Assembly: GCA_039096225.1 (NCBI GenBank)
Contig: JBBPEB010000033.1
Coordinates: forward strand, 1,054,001-1,118,000
Direction of reading: 5' to 3'
DNA length: 64,000 nucleotides
Source of the DNA: Blastocystis sp. Blastoise
Taxonomy: Eukaryota; Protista; Bigyra: Opalinata
The notes beneath the pieces are model-generated. The model did not search any database. It had not been told where the DNA came from and saw only the letters and a program-made list of their open reading frames with translations. The translations under genes were made by a program, and so were the position numbers. Below, piece after piece: positions 42,655 through 62,466 of this stretch (positions are counted from its first letter, which is position 1; every line of letters begins with the position of its first letter).

Positions 42655-42905
42655 TTATAAGTGTGATGAGATCGTATTTGATGAATTATCATTATTATTT
42701 ATATAGTTATTTATAGAAGTTATATTTGTATCCTTATTATTATCTGAAATATTATTTGTATTATTGGAGTTATTATTATTATTAGTATCTGAAATATTAT
42801 TATTATTATTAGTATCTGAGATATTATTATCTGAAATATTATTATTATTATTTGTTATATTATTATTATTATCTGAAATATTATTATTAATATTTGTGAT
42901 ATTAA

Positions 42906-42944
<39 letters not shown>

Positions 42945-43464
42945 CTAAATATCCCCATCCACATTTATATATAGAAATATAAGGATCTTCTTTTGCTATA
43001 TATGTAATAGATAATATATATATATAAATATACATAAAGACTAAAAAAAAAATATATATATATATACATTTAAATTGAGGATCTACTTCTTCTTCATATA
43101 AAAAGCGTCTTTTACCGCTTCCCGCGATTATTATGGGCATTTGAGGGTGAAATTGAACACATGGAGTACTATCATTAGTAGTAGGTATTTCTATTTTACA
43201 TTCTGGATAATTTATACTATATATAGAAATAATGCCATCATTTTGTCCAGTTGTTATATATTGTTCATCACTTGAAATTGAAAATTGATACCTTTGATTA
43301 GTAATAATATTTCGTTTATATATAGCTATATATCCTGATTCAACATTACGTAAATCATATCTATATATATATTCATCTTTTCGACCACCAGTATATATAT
43401 ATGGACCAAAAGAACTAAATTGGACCTATATATATATATATATTAACATATATATATATATATT

Positions 43465-43496
<32 letters not shown>

Positions 43497-44936
43497 CTTG
43501 AGTAACTCCTTTAGGATGATTATTAAATATAAAACTGGCTTCATTTTCAGAATTATATATATATACAGATCCATCATATGAACCTACCTATATATATATA
43601 TATATATTAACATATATATATATATACCGCTAATAATCCTCCATATTGAGATGTAAAATCTTGACAACTAAAAATACCCTTTTGTTTTGCAATATTCCCC
43701 CGGGAATTCGAGTTATTATATAAGGTTTGAATAGGTCTTCCCCCTCTTTCAATATCAAATATTGCTAATTGTCTATATATAGTATATGTATAATATATAT
43801 TAATATATATACTATATATTTTCTTTATATTCAGTATATATATATATTTATTATATTTATTATATTTATTATATTTACAATATATTTATTATATTTATTT
43901 TATATATACTTATTATATCCTCCATATATATAGTTATGAATAGTATTATATGAAATTGAATATGCAGACATCATCTCTTCTACATGATTATACACTATAT
44001 ATATATATATATATATTAAGAATATGATAATATGAATAAGAATAATATAATATACATATATGTATAGAACAACAAGATTGAATATATTATAATATAATAT
44101 ATAGTATATATACTAGTATAATTATTATGACTATGTCCGTCATATATATCCCATAAATGTATAGGTCCACCGTGAGATGTAGTTAGTATATAACGAGAAG
44201 GAGATATACTGTCGTATGAAGGACACCTATATATATATATATATATATCATATTATAGTATATACCAAAATATACAAAACAATAATAATTATTTAAATAT
44301 ATTTTATTATATCAAAATTTTTAAAAAAAAACTATATATATATACCATATAGTATCATATATAGTGCTTCCCTCACAAAGAGTAGAAAAAGGAGTAATAT
44401 TATTTATTGAAGAGTTAGTATAGCTATCATTATTTATAGATAAAGAACTAGAATTTATATTTTCGGAGTTATATTGCCAGCCATTTATTGAAGTCAAATC
44501 AAATAATCTATTCATATTTATTTATATATAACAAAAAATACCTCATATAATTATCTTCATTTGTTACTAAAGCCATAGTACCACAAGGACTAATCTTAAT
44601 CTGCTTACAACAATTGATATCATCATAATTCTTGCATTCTTTTTGCATATTACATTGATGTGTCTTTTTTATTGGAATATTAAAATTATGATACCATATA
44701 TTTGGAGAATATGATTCCAATGATACATTTCCATGAGAATTTGATACATATTCTGTTGTATTCTCCTCAATCTTTATGTCATTTTGATCATTAATCAACG
44801 ATGGATTATCGAATAATTGTTGAATATCCTCCTCATCATTTGTTACAGCTTTTATGGTATTCTCTGTAGACTTTTGTTCAATAATACCAAGTCCATCAGT
44901 TGGATCGGAACAATCTTCTCTTTTCTCTATTTCCAT
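42655..44936 (-). CDS. WRAP53: WD40 protein WRAP53/TCAB1 (telomerase Cajal body protein 1)-like
   Basis: Spliced motifs SPCGTMAL.TNEDN, EG.TIYD..W, PIHLWD, YNHVEE...AYSI, QKGIFSC, GVTQVQFS..G..YTGGRKD, TNQRYQF and FHP..PIIIAGSGKRRF. Poly-N C-terminal tail. Confidence 0.85.
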
Positions 44937-45688
44937 TATAATTGAGCCACTTTCTATCAGCAAATTAATGAAGAAATTATAAATTAAGATATATATATAT
45001 AAATAATTAAAAAACAATAGTTTTAATCATGGAAATATTCATTTCATAATACAAATACTCCTTTATTTCCATGGAAATACTTTTTTATGTCATTTTTTTG
45101 TTTTTTAATTTCAAAAAGTAATTCATGAATACCAAATCTAGTTGAAGACAATGAACACATGTTTGTAAGAAAAATTCTAAGATAATAGAAATAATTAAAC
45201 AATCTATTTTTCTCATAATTGCCAAAACGACAAAGCATATTGTTTTATTATATTCTAAATTTGTGTATAATTTTCTCTAAACCACAGATGAAGTAAAATG
45301 ACGTTAAAAAGCACTATTCATTATTTTAGAATTATAATAAAACACTACTATTATATCAAAGTTATGTGCAATCAATTACTGTTTATAAAAAACAAAATTA
45401 AAAATTAATTCCTTAAAAACTTTTAGAAAAATAAAGCAACATATAACCTATTAAACAACTTATCATCTTTATATTATTCTTAGGTAGTAAATAAAAACGA
45501 GTATTAACTAGATTAATAGAGACAACGTATATAACAAGAGATTGTGTCTTAACAAATAACAAAAAGTATACAGTTCGGATGATTTCGGTTCAAAAACAAT
45601 ATTTCTTTTTCATTTCATCTTTTTAATATAATTTATTTTATTTGAATAATAATTAAAACTTTAAAAAATATATATAATTTATAAAACT

Positions 45689-46665
45689 ATGGAATCTAAT
45701 TACTTTGCAGTTATTGATGGATTAGTGAATAACGCTAGATTTGAATATCAAAATGATAACATACAGTCTTCTTTAGAAAGTTATAAAAATGTCATTCAAT
45801 ATATTGATTCACTTTATTCTACAATTGATGACAATTCTAAAACACTTCTTCAGACTTTACGATCTACATATGTTTTCGAGATGAATTTTGTTGATGAGAT
45901 AGCCAAGAAGAAGTATGAGGCTGAGAAATACTCTATTGAATCACCTCAAGTAATTGATGATAAGAGTATTGTTCCTCAATTGAAAGGTTACGGTTGTTTT
46001 ATGCTTAGAAATCGCCCTATGCTTCGTGGAAACAGAACTTTTAGTACAAAAGTTATAGATAATTATGATCATTTTATTCAAGTTACAAAACGTAGAATGT
46101 CTTCTGTAATGAATCGTAATAATAATGAAAAGAATAACAAGAAAATTGATGAACTTCAATTCCAAAACAAAAAGATATATGTATATTATTATTATATTTA
46201 TTATTATTAAATTATTATAATGTTTATTATTATTTTTTATTATATAAATATTATTATTATTACGCTTTTTATTATTTTTTATTATACATATATATATTAT
46301 TATATTTATTATTACTCTATATGTTGAACAAGCTATGAATTCAAGTCAATCATTTGTTCACTCCGTTAAAAAGGTATATATTATTATATAATAATATATA
46401 TTTCATACATTTTTTCTTTTAATATCTATGTTTTCAACTATTTTATTTATTTATATTCATCTTATATATAATATAGTCTTTAAAATCAAAATCAAAAATG
46501 ACACCTCATTCTGTTACTTCTAAAGATTTTGATGTTTCTTTCGATTCTATATATAAACCTATATCTTTAGAATTTTCTCCAAAATCTGTTATATCTGATA
46601 TTAGTAGTAGTTCTATTGAATATTTTGAACTCTCTCCCACGGTTAATCTTTCTTCTGAATTATAA
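45689..46665 (+). CDS. Hypothetical protein with N-terminal MIT-like helical domain (2-3 exons)
   Basis: LVNNARFEYQNDNIQSSLESY...L...R..Y resembles the MIT pattern. Exons are 45689-46180, (46323-46373) and 46477-46665. Confidence 0.55.
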
Positions 46666-47248
46666 ATTTTATAATATTTAATTAATAATAATATATATAA
46701 ATTGGCTTCTACCTATAATATATATATATATATATATATATCATTTACTCTTTTTTCTATTTCTAATATTCTCATAAATATAATCTTTCTTTTATCTTAT
46801 ATTCACATTTATTTTATTTAGTATCATTTTAGTTAGTTGCATTTCTTTTCTATTTTCATTATTAATTATCTATATAAGTCAAATTACAAGTTGTATAGTA
46901 CCTATATGTGATTCTTTCTTACTATTGTTTCTTTGTGTATCCACAATTTATTTCATTTAATATCTTCACTATAATATCATATTATCATTTCATTCTTGTT
47001 TAGTTCATTAAATATTTGTTATATTATTATATATCTTTTGTTTATAATCAAATACGACTTGTTAAATATAATTTTATTTTTGTATTCTTAAGAATTATAA
47101 ACAGAATTGTTGTTAATCATTATGATATATATAATAATATTCATAATTATTATTTTCATCATATTATTCACAATGTAGAAACAAACACATTCTTTTAGTA
47201 TAGTATCATTAGTAGTATAGAATAGATTACACTTTATATATATATATA

Positions 47249-48468
47249 TTATTGTTTAGCTCTGAGTACTTCATGTTTAATGTTAAGAAGCGTTTCAATA
47301 CGTTTCTGGAATCCAATTCGAGGGGATTCTGTTATTTGAATTGTACTTTGATCCTATATATATATAATATATTATAATGAAGAATAGAAATGATATTATG
47401 ACAGAATAGAGATTATATATATATATATATATACTTTAGAAGTAAGATAGCCATTTTCATGATCTAATTCGGCATCAATAACTCCATCACGAATGGTCTA
47501 TATATTAATATATAATAATATACATAATAATATACATAATAATAATAAACATATATATATATACACGAGCACAAATGAATTCAGCGTCTTCCGCGGTAAT
47601 TCCAAGACGATTGGCTACTTCTTCAATTGATATTCGTGAATATGATATATATATCTGACGAATAGCAAGTCGTAGAACATTCGATCGAAGTCTTAGAATA
47701 AGATGATAAGTACCATCATGTTTAAATATATCACTATATTTATTAAATAAAGAAGAAAAACCATGAACATCCCCTGTACGTACAATCTATATATATATAT
47801 ATATAGAACTATTAGTAATAATAAGAGATAATATAATAAATATAATAAATATAATAAATATAATAAATATAATAAATATAATACATAAAATAAATAAAAT
47901 AATAATAAATTCTATACTTGTGTAAGATAATAATAAGGAGAGAGAAGAGAGAGATAGGGTGTATTTATATATATATTAAATATATTTCTATCTGGAATAT
48001 CTCCCATCAATAACTGAACTAATATATATATTTGATGGATCTATATATATATAATACATCTATAATATAATAGCATATATAATATACTTTAGTTTGAATT
48101 CCGAGATATTGTTTTCCATCTATATAACGAAGAGCTTGTTGAAGAGATTCACTGCTATGAGTGTATTCTAATTGAACACATTCAATTAATCCTATATATA
48201 TACATATATATATAATAATAAGAATAACCATGAAAATTTAGATTATATAAGAATATATTCATAATAAATGACAATATACCTTTATAATAGAGATATCTTA
48301 CATATTGTTTATCGCTAATATCCGCGGGAAAATGAGATCTTTGAATGAAAGTAGCAGCAGCTTCATATTCTTTATTATATATATACATGGATAATATTAA
48401 ATTATAGAGAGATGCCTATATATATAGTTATGAATAGATTTCTATTTAATAATTCATATAGAGTAATT

Positions 48469-48500
<32 letters not shown>

Positions 48501-48588
48501 TATACTTGTCCAATAATATTATTAAATAAACATGCATTACGATATAAGGAAAATACATATCTATAGAGAACATATATTAATAATTATT

Positions 48589-48627
<39 letters not shown>

Positions 48628-49149
48628 ATCTATATACTCTCTATTGAATCCATTTTCTACTTTCTTGGCTATAATACTATAGATTCCCACGGTTCTGGCA
48701 AATAATATATTCATTGTATGTGTATGAATATCTTTATAATTATTTAATATATATAATGTAGTTTCATAAGCTTGTTGATAATATTGATCTCTGAATAATA
48801 TATAAATAAGGATATTGCCTAAATAGACATTCACAGTAGATAATTCATATTCACTGATTTCTGAAAATGAATTCTCTTCAGTTTGTATGTAATCCTTTAG
48901 GGTATTCAAATAATATGATTTGCATGCATTTTCATCCTTGAGACACTTTGATAATACGATATTAAGAGTATTTAACGATATATTCTTTCTAATTCCAGGA
49001 GTAAAGAGAAGAGCTCTCATGACAAGTGTATGGTCATTTTCTTCTTCAGCTTGTTTGACTAATTCAATGTTCTTTTTCAAAGCTTCATAAACAATATTTT
49101 GTTTAGCTTTATATATTTGAGCTTTTTTCAATTCTCTTTCAGAATCCAT
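47249..49149 (-). CDS. RPN3: 26S proteasome lid subunit Rpn3/PSMD3
   Basis: Spliced motifs FP...Q.VRYLYYKG.I..VQLEY, VQLLMGDIPDR, VRTGD, LILRLRSNV, ISYSRISI and IRDGVIDA.LDHE. Confidence 0.92.
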
Positions 49150-49397
49150 ATTTAAGTATTTGATACTTTTTATATAAATAACTCTTGTTAAATAAACATA
49201 TTCTTCCTTTTTTCTAAATAGAGAATCCTGATTTTATTCAAAAAACCTCCTCAAAACATCAAATTAATCTGGATTCACACATTATTTCTGAATTTGTTTC
49301 AAACACAAATTTCTCTTCAATCATCAAGACTTTTATTTCTTTATTATTGAAAAAACACTTTTTGTGATTGTATAATATATAAAGAAATAGAGAAAAA
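49150..49397. promoter_or_regulatory. Putative bidirectional promoter between RPN3 and RIC1
   Basis: 248-nt gap between head-to-head ATGs. Confidence 0.55.
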
Positions 49398-54745
<5,348 letters not shown>

Positions 54746-55001
54746 ACTCTGATGATTTAAATATATTTATTATTACTCAGATATTTGTATTTTTTCATTC
54801 TTCATTTTTTTTTTGTAAATTACGTATTATTATTTGTTTTCCATTGATGGATGTGTGTTTATGACTTTCTAATATATATACAAAAATGATTTTATCTTCT
54901 TTTTAATATTCAAAATTTCATCTATGTTAACATTTTATCGTTTTGTTTTTATTTTGTTTAAATTCTCAAAAAAAATCTGTTTTATTAACAACTTACTAAT
55001 A

Positions 55002-55537
55002 ATGAGTAATGGATTCTTTTTAGATACAGAATCAGGTAAAGGGATATGGACTCCTCATTATACACAAGATGGTCATCTATATTATTATAATATGATGAGG
55101 AATGAGAGTCGTTGGGATTATGAATTTGGTATAGCACCTACTGTGAATAATCAAGTAGAAATAGTTACATAGTTATTCATCAATAGTTCCATTTCATCTT
55201 TTCATTCTTTAGATGAGTTCCAATCAATCTTCAAATCAATCTTCTCTTCCTATTCAAACGGATAACACAAATACTTTTCCAGAAGCTTCCATAATTAGTA
55301 ATGAAAGTGATTTGTATAAAATAGCTATGGAGGAACGTCAGAAGAAGATTGATGAATTGAAAAAGAATAAAGAGAATCAGAAAAATAACGAAAGACAACT
55401 TACTGAAGAAGAAAAAATGTATTTACAACAAGTATGTTATTTATTAAATTATTATTCTATATATTCAATTATAGATACATTCAACGTCATTGCCTGAAAA
55501 AGATGAAGCAGCAGGAAATAAATATATTGTTAAATAA
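55002..55537 (+). CDS. Small WW-domain protein (3 exons)
   Basis: WW motif WTPHYTQDGHLYYYNMMRNESRWD. Introns ~55155-55212 and 55432-55474. Ends EAAGNKYIVK*. Confidence 0.75.
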
Positions 55538-55764
55538 TCATTTATATTATTCTTTCATGTATATATATATAATAAAAATACGATTGATTTATGTTATTAA
55601 AAAAAAGAATTTTTTTATGTATTGTTAATAAGATACAAATCTATATAAAAAACAAAACTAAACGGAGAACGAAGAATGAGTATGTTTTTACAATAAAAAT
55701 GAAATATTGAAATTAAAAGATAAATAAAATATATAAGATATTTATATAAAATAAAATGAATTTA

Positions 55765-55801
<37 letters not shown>

Positions 55802-57389
55802 TTAAGGACTATATTGAGCATAAACATCACCACAAGAGCATACACAAGCTTTATTGACTGATTTACAAGTACATAAACTAGACATATGATTTGCTAAGGA
55901 TTGAGAACTACAAGCATATTTAGCAGTCCAGAAAGTGACTGATTTAGAAGCATCTAATTTAGTATTTGTTAATGAAGGATCACTTAATGTATTCACAAGA
56001 TTATCACTCCAATAGAACTATAGAGAGATAATAGAAATAGAAAACATTAATATATTAAATATAATAATAAATAGATAAATAAATATATAATAATAATAAT
56101 AATATAATAGATATACTTTATATTGCATAGAAGGATTAAGAATGAATGTAGAACTAGGGAAGGTCATAGTATAAGGGTAATTATTATTAATAATAGCTTC
56201 TTTAGCTTGTACATTGAATTTTCTCTTTAATACATGTGTAGAAGGTTCATATTCTTCAAGTAATATATAACCAGTAGAAGCAATAATAGGTTGATTGAAA
56301 GATAAAGAAATATCGATATCAATAGGGACTTCTTCATCTCCTTCAGTTGGGAACATAGAAATAATCTTTGCAGCAATACCCATTATAAAATATTTATATT
56401 ATTATTAATAATAATAATAAATATAATAAATATAATAAATATAATAAATATAATAAATATAATAAATATAATAAATATAATAAATATAATAAATATAATA
56501 AATATAATAATAATAATAAATATAATAAATATAATAAATATATATATACTTTTATCTGTAATAAAAGAGACAGTAAGAGGTTCATTCTTAAGTCCTTGTT
56601 GATTACGTACAACACCATAACTAATAAGAGCAATATAATCTTTATTCATAAGAAGTGCTCCATAGCAATCCATATAATCAACAGTTAAAGTAGAAAGAGA
56701 AGGAGTTTGTTCTAAATAAACACAATTAGATTCTGTACTGAGTACAATCTTATGAGAGGGATCGTTACGAGGATAGATTTCTATAGTACCATCAGAAAGA
56801 GATACATACGTATTAAAAGTAACTTTAAGAGGTGTATCAATAGATACAATAGATCCTATAGTAGGAGTAATAAATGTACCTTCTAAAGTAGCAACTAGAG
56901 AAGAGAAAAGAGAGATTAGTAAAGAAAGTATAATAAATAATAATTAATAAAATAATAATAAATAAAATAATAATAAATAAAATAATTATAAATAAAATAA
57001 TAATAAATAAACATACAAGTAGCTGTAGTAAAATAGTAGATAGGAGAAGGAAGAGAAAGAGGAGAATTTGTATATTTATCAAATAAAACAGTACTACTAC
57101 TATATTGAATAGAATAAGTAGTAGCAGATTTTAATATAGGTAATGTAATATAAACAATATTTTCTTTAATTTGAACATTTTTCATATATATATAACTAGA
57201 ATCAGCAACATTATTAATAGGTGTTAAAATGAAATAATTAGCAAAGTTATTTATATCATTTTCATCTAATTTAACGAGATCTCTTTCAAAAGTAATTGTA
57301 TATATAGTTTCTGCAGATACATCCTTAGCATTATTCACGGGGAATACAGATATTATCTTTGGAACATACGATACTATAGATAATAAATA

Positions 57390-57468
<79 letters not shown>

Positions 57469-60400
57469 AATAAAATCAGCATACCATTATTTCCTTGAAC
57501 AGTTAATTTCGTGCTACTAATGCTATTACTCATAGCAATACCTCTCTTATCTTCAAAATAACAATATATATTATAACGTGTATTACTATCAGGTAATTGA
57601 ATATAATAATGATCTTGTATATTTTGTATATAAATAGATGTTTGTTGTTTAATGAAATATACAGAAGGAACAGAAGCAGAGAGAGTAGTCGATGTACAAT
57701 ATACATAACCAGGTTTATCATTTTCAATTAATAAATCGACAGTTTCTTTATTAATAGCATAAACAGTAGGTTTTAATACAGTTTCTTTAAAGGGTAAAGT
57801 AGTAAAAGAAAGAGAAGAACTAACAACACCTTCTGTATATTTATATATACAATAAACATTATAAGATTGAGAAGGGAATAATGATTCAATAGTATATAAA
57901 GAAGGTATAGAATCAATATTTGATACTTCAATTAATTGATTTTGTATATTATTTTCTTTACTAATACTACAAGTACCATCCATATTCATATTTGTAGTAA
58001 TTTGTAATGTACTAAACCAATCAGAAGGAATAACATGAAGAGTAATAGAAGGAGAAGTAATAGTATGTACAGTAAGACTAGTAATATCACTATTATAATT
58101 ATATGTAGGAGAAGAAATAGAATGTATTTCAAATGTATAATCAGTATTAATATCCATATTATTAAATTGAACACTACGAACAGAACATAATTCTTCATTA
58201 TTACATACATTAATAGATTCTACAAGAACTTTTTCTTCATTCATTGTATTATCTTCTTGTAATCTTCTAGTAGTAGTAGTAGTAGTATATTTATATAAAT
58301 CAATAATAAAATTACGTATAGCAGCATTATTACTATAATCATTACTATTCCAATATAAAGTAACACTAGATAAACTAGTAGTTTCAATATGAAGAGAAGA
58401 AGGTGATTCAGGAATAGTAACAGTATTTGTAGTTACTTGTATAGAATCACTATATTGACCATAATAACTAATACTATTAAGAACACCAAATAAACGAACA
58501 CTTATAGAATATTGTTCATTCATAATAGTAGATAAAGTAAATGCTACTTTATTTATTGTACCAATATCACATTTAATAGTATTTCCATTACATAAGAAAC
58601 GTATAGTTTTTTCTTCTTTTGATTCACAATTATCACTAATACATGTATATAAGAATTCAAATCCTTTAGGATCCATATCACTACATCTATCTATTTCAAC
58701 AGCCATATTAACTTTATAATCATTACCATCTTTTAATACTTCACGTACTATAGGTATTTGAGGTTTGACACAACCTTTAATAGTATATATATTCTTATAA
58801 GAACAAGATAAATCACTATTACATTGATAATTATCTTCATTACCATCACAGAATTGAATATTAAGTGAATAACTAGTTAATGGTTCAAATCCACATATAT
58901 AAGTACTATTCTTTGTAGTAAGAAGAGGTGTAGAAATAGTAGATAATTGAGGATAAATAGAAATAGAAGCAAGATTTGAAGGTTGTTGATATTGTATAGT
59001 AAGACAATTATTTTGTTCATCTTTAATCATATCTACAGGAATAGTACAAGGTAATACAGTACATTGATCAATAATATCACCCCAAGAACCATCTACATTA
59101 CAAGTACGTTTATATACACCACCACTACCATCAGTACAGGGAATAGTAACAACTTCACTTTCATAAGTTTCAGAGAAACATAATATACCATCACAAGTAA
59201 AAGGACATACATTACGAACACAATCTAATTCTGGTTCTTCCCATGTCATATCATCATTACAAATACGTTCAGTAATACCTGTATATCCTAATCTACATTC
59301 TGTAGTAATATTAGTCATTACAGGAATAGAAGGATACAATACACCATTATAAGTTTCTTCAGGACATTTATTAATTTCACATTCATCTATAATATCTTTC
59401 CATTCACCTTCTAAAGAACAAAGACGTTTATATTGACCATGATAATATTCAGAACATTGTTGAGTAGCATATTCACCACTATTTGTTATATTCCAAGTAC
59501 CATAATTATCAGTAATAGGAGAACAAGTAATACGTTCACAATTATTTGTAATATCACTGAAATTACCTGTAGATAAACATATACGAGTAAGTGAACCAGT
59601 ATATCCAGCAATACAAGGAACAGAAGCTTCTTCAGCATAATTAGTTTGAGGCCATAAATAACCATCTTCTTCAATACTATTACATTGAATAATAGTACAA
59701 CCATTTTGAATAGGTTCCCAATATTGAGTTTGTCCTTCTATATTACAAGTTCTATTTAATATACCTTCATAACCAATAGGACAATTAACATGAGCAACTT
59801 CATACACAGGAGTATCAGGCCATATATTACCATCTTCATCAGTAACAGAAGAACATGAACCTAATTCACAATGACTTTCAATATCTTCCCAAATACCTCC
59901 TTTATTACAATAACGATTCATAGATCCTGTACCAACAACACAAGTCTTTGTGATTGTTTGATCAGCTTCTGTTTCTTCCCAAAGAGTAATCGTAGTATCT
60001 TCAGGACATTTATTCTTAATACATCCACTCATATTAGCATTTTCCCATACACCACTAGCAGTACATTGTCTTGTAGTAACACCAGTATAAGTTTCAGGAC
60101 AAGTAATAGAAGCAATTTCTAAAGAATCAGTAGCAGGCCAAGTAAGACCTTGATGTTGATCATCATAACATACATTACGTATACATGTATTAATATTTGG
60201 TATATCCCATTCTCCTGTTGTTTTACAATAACGAGACATAGTACCTGAATAACCAGTCATACAAGGTAAAGTAGATGTGGTTTCAATAGATGTTTTAGGC
60301 CATTCTATTTCATTATATGTATTCTTTGGACAAACAGAAGGTCTACAAGTAGATTCAATAGCACCCCATTCACCATTATCTTTACATATTCTAGAAATAG

Positions 60401-61676
60401 AGCCAATTTGATCTTCACCACATTCAAGAATATATGGAGTATTAATAGGTGTTTTAGGCCATGTTCTACCTTGATCATCTGTTTCTGGTTGACATACAGT
60501 AGGTACACAAGTATTAATAACAGTACTCCAAGTAGCATTTGAAAGACAAGAACGAATAATAGAACCAGTCATTTCTTCACCACAAGATAAAGTAGCATCT
60601 TGATTAATAGGAGTTTGAGGCCAAACAAGTTGATTTTCATCAGTTTCTTCATAACAAATAGCAAGAGTACAAGAATTATTAATAATATCCCATTCACCAT
60701 TATCTTTACATTGTCTAGTAATAGAACCAATATAATTAGTAGGACAAGTAAGAGTAGCTATTTCATTAATAGGTGTTTTAGGCCAAGTATGTTCTTGATC
60801 ATCTGTTTCTGGTTGACATACTGTAGGTACACAAGTATTAATAACAGTACTCCAAGTACCATCAGCTAAACAAGAACGACTAATAGAACCAGTCATTTCT
60901 TCACCACAAGTTAAAGTAGCATCTTGATTAATAGGAGTTTGAGGCCAAATAAGTTGATTTTCATCAGTAACAGATTCACAAATAGCAGGTTTACAAGTAC
61001 TTACAATAAGTCCCCAAGTACCATCATGATTACAATAACGAGTATAAACACCAAATTCATCAGCATTACAAGGAAGAGTAGTTTCAGAATCAATTGGAAT
61101 GGATGGCCATTCACGTTGTTCATCATCAATATCTATAGGACAATGATCAGGAGTACATATACCACTAACAGTACCCCAAATACCACCTTCTTCACAATTT
61201 CTAGTTAAAGGACCACCAATAGTACCTTCACCACAATTATTAGTAACAGTTTCTTTTTCTTTAGTCATAGGCCATTCAATACCTCCAAGAATTTCATTAG
61301 GACAAGCAATAGTACAATCAACCTCAGTAGGTTCCCAAAAACCAGTTTCATTACAGAAACGTTTCACTTCACCCATATAACCTGTTTTACAATCTTGAAC
61401 GTTTTGAGTATAAGCATTTGTTTCAGGCCATACATATTCATATTCATCCATATCCGACTCACAAATAATTTGAGTACAATTAGAAATAATAGTTTCCCAA
61501 TGACCGTTTTCATCACAAAAACGAGATTGTTCGCCATCAAATCCAGTTGCACAATCGAGAAGAACTTCAGAAGAAGATTCTGTCTCAGGCCAAGTAGTTT
61601 CATCTATAATTTCTTCAGGGCAAGTAACTGCAAAAACAGTAATTACTATAAAAAGAAGTATAAATATAGAAAACAT
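55802..61676 (-). CDS. Large secreted protein: 16 Cys-rich hormone-receptor(HRM)-like repeats, FN3-like region and SbsA/Big_5 Ig-like domains
   Basis: Signal peptide, then 16 repeats of C-x-WP-T-x-C-G-G-R-C-G-W-C, an FN3-like PESPSSLHI...VTLYW segment, and PKIISVFP...DVS...ITF / IISMFP...LSFNQPI modules. Four introns in the 3' part. Confidence 0.85.
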
Positions 61677-62466
61677 AAAGATATAGAAAAAATATACCTG
61701 CTATGATAAAAATAAGAATTATATTCTTCATAATCCTATTTATTATTAGTTAATTAAAATTGTATAGAAAAAATGAAAAAAAAAAATTATCAGGAGATTT
61801 TGATTGTTTAAAAGAATCAGGGGAAATTCATTGTTTTTAAGGAAATAAAATGGTTTTTTTATGGTAAAGAAAAATAGTAGAGTTTTTGCACTAAGAAGAA
61901 AAGTGCATCGAATGAATTTAATTTTTTATTATTCAGACATATACTGAAAATGTATGAAATTTGCGATTTTTTAAAATTTTAATTTATTCAAAAAATGTTT
62001 TAAATTGGTTTTAGAAGAGATAAAAGAGTCTCTATAGGATAGAAGAATTATTGAGATGACATATGTATGAAGAGAAATGAAAATTCTAAATAAAAACTAG
62101 AATGATCACTGAGAGGATTCGTTATGAATAGTGTTTCTATTAGAATATACATTAATTTCATAATATTTAACATGATAATTTTAAATAATAAACAGGAATA
62201 ATTAAATATAATTAAAAAAAAAACACAACAAAACAAAAAGAAAATAAGGAAATATTATTATATAGAGAAGCGTTTATAGAGAATTCAAAGAAGAAAGAGA
62301 AAAATAATAAATCGCTATACTATAATGCAAGATAAGATAATATGAATAAGAATACATAAAAATAAAATACAATAGTACAAAAAAACAGAAATATAAATAT
62401 ATATTTAGGGAAAGAAAAAATAAAATAATTTCAATAGTATTACACATAATGAATAGATTTTATGCT

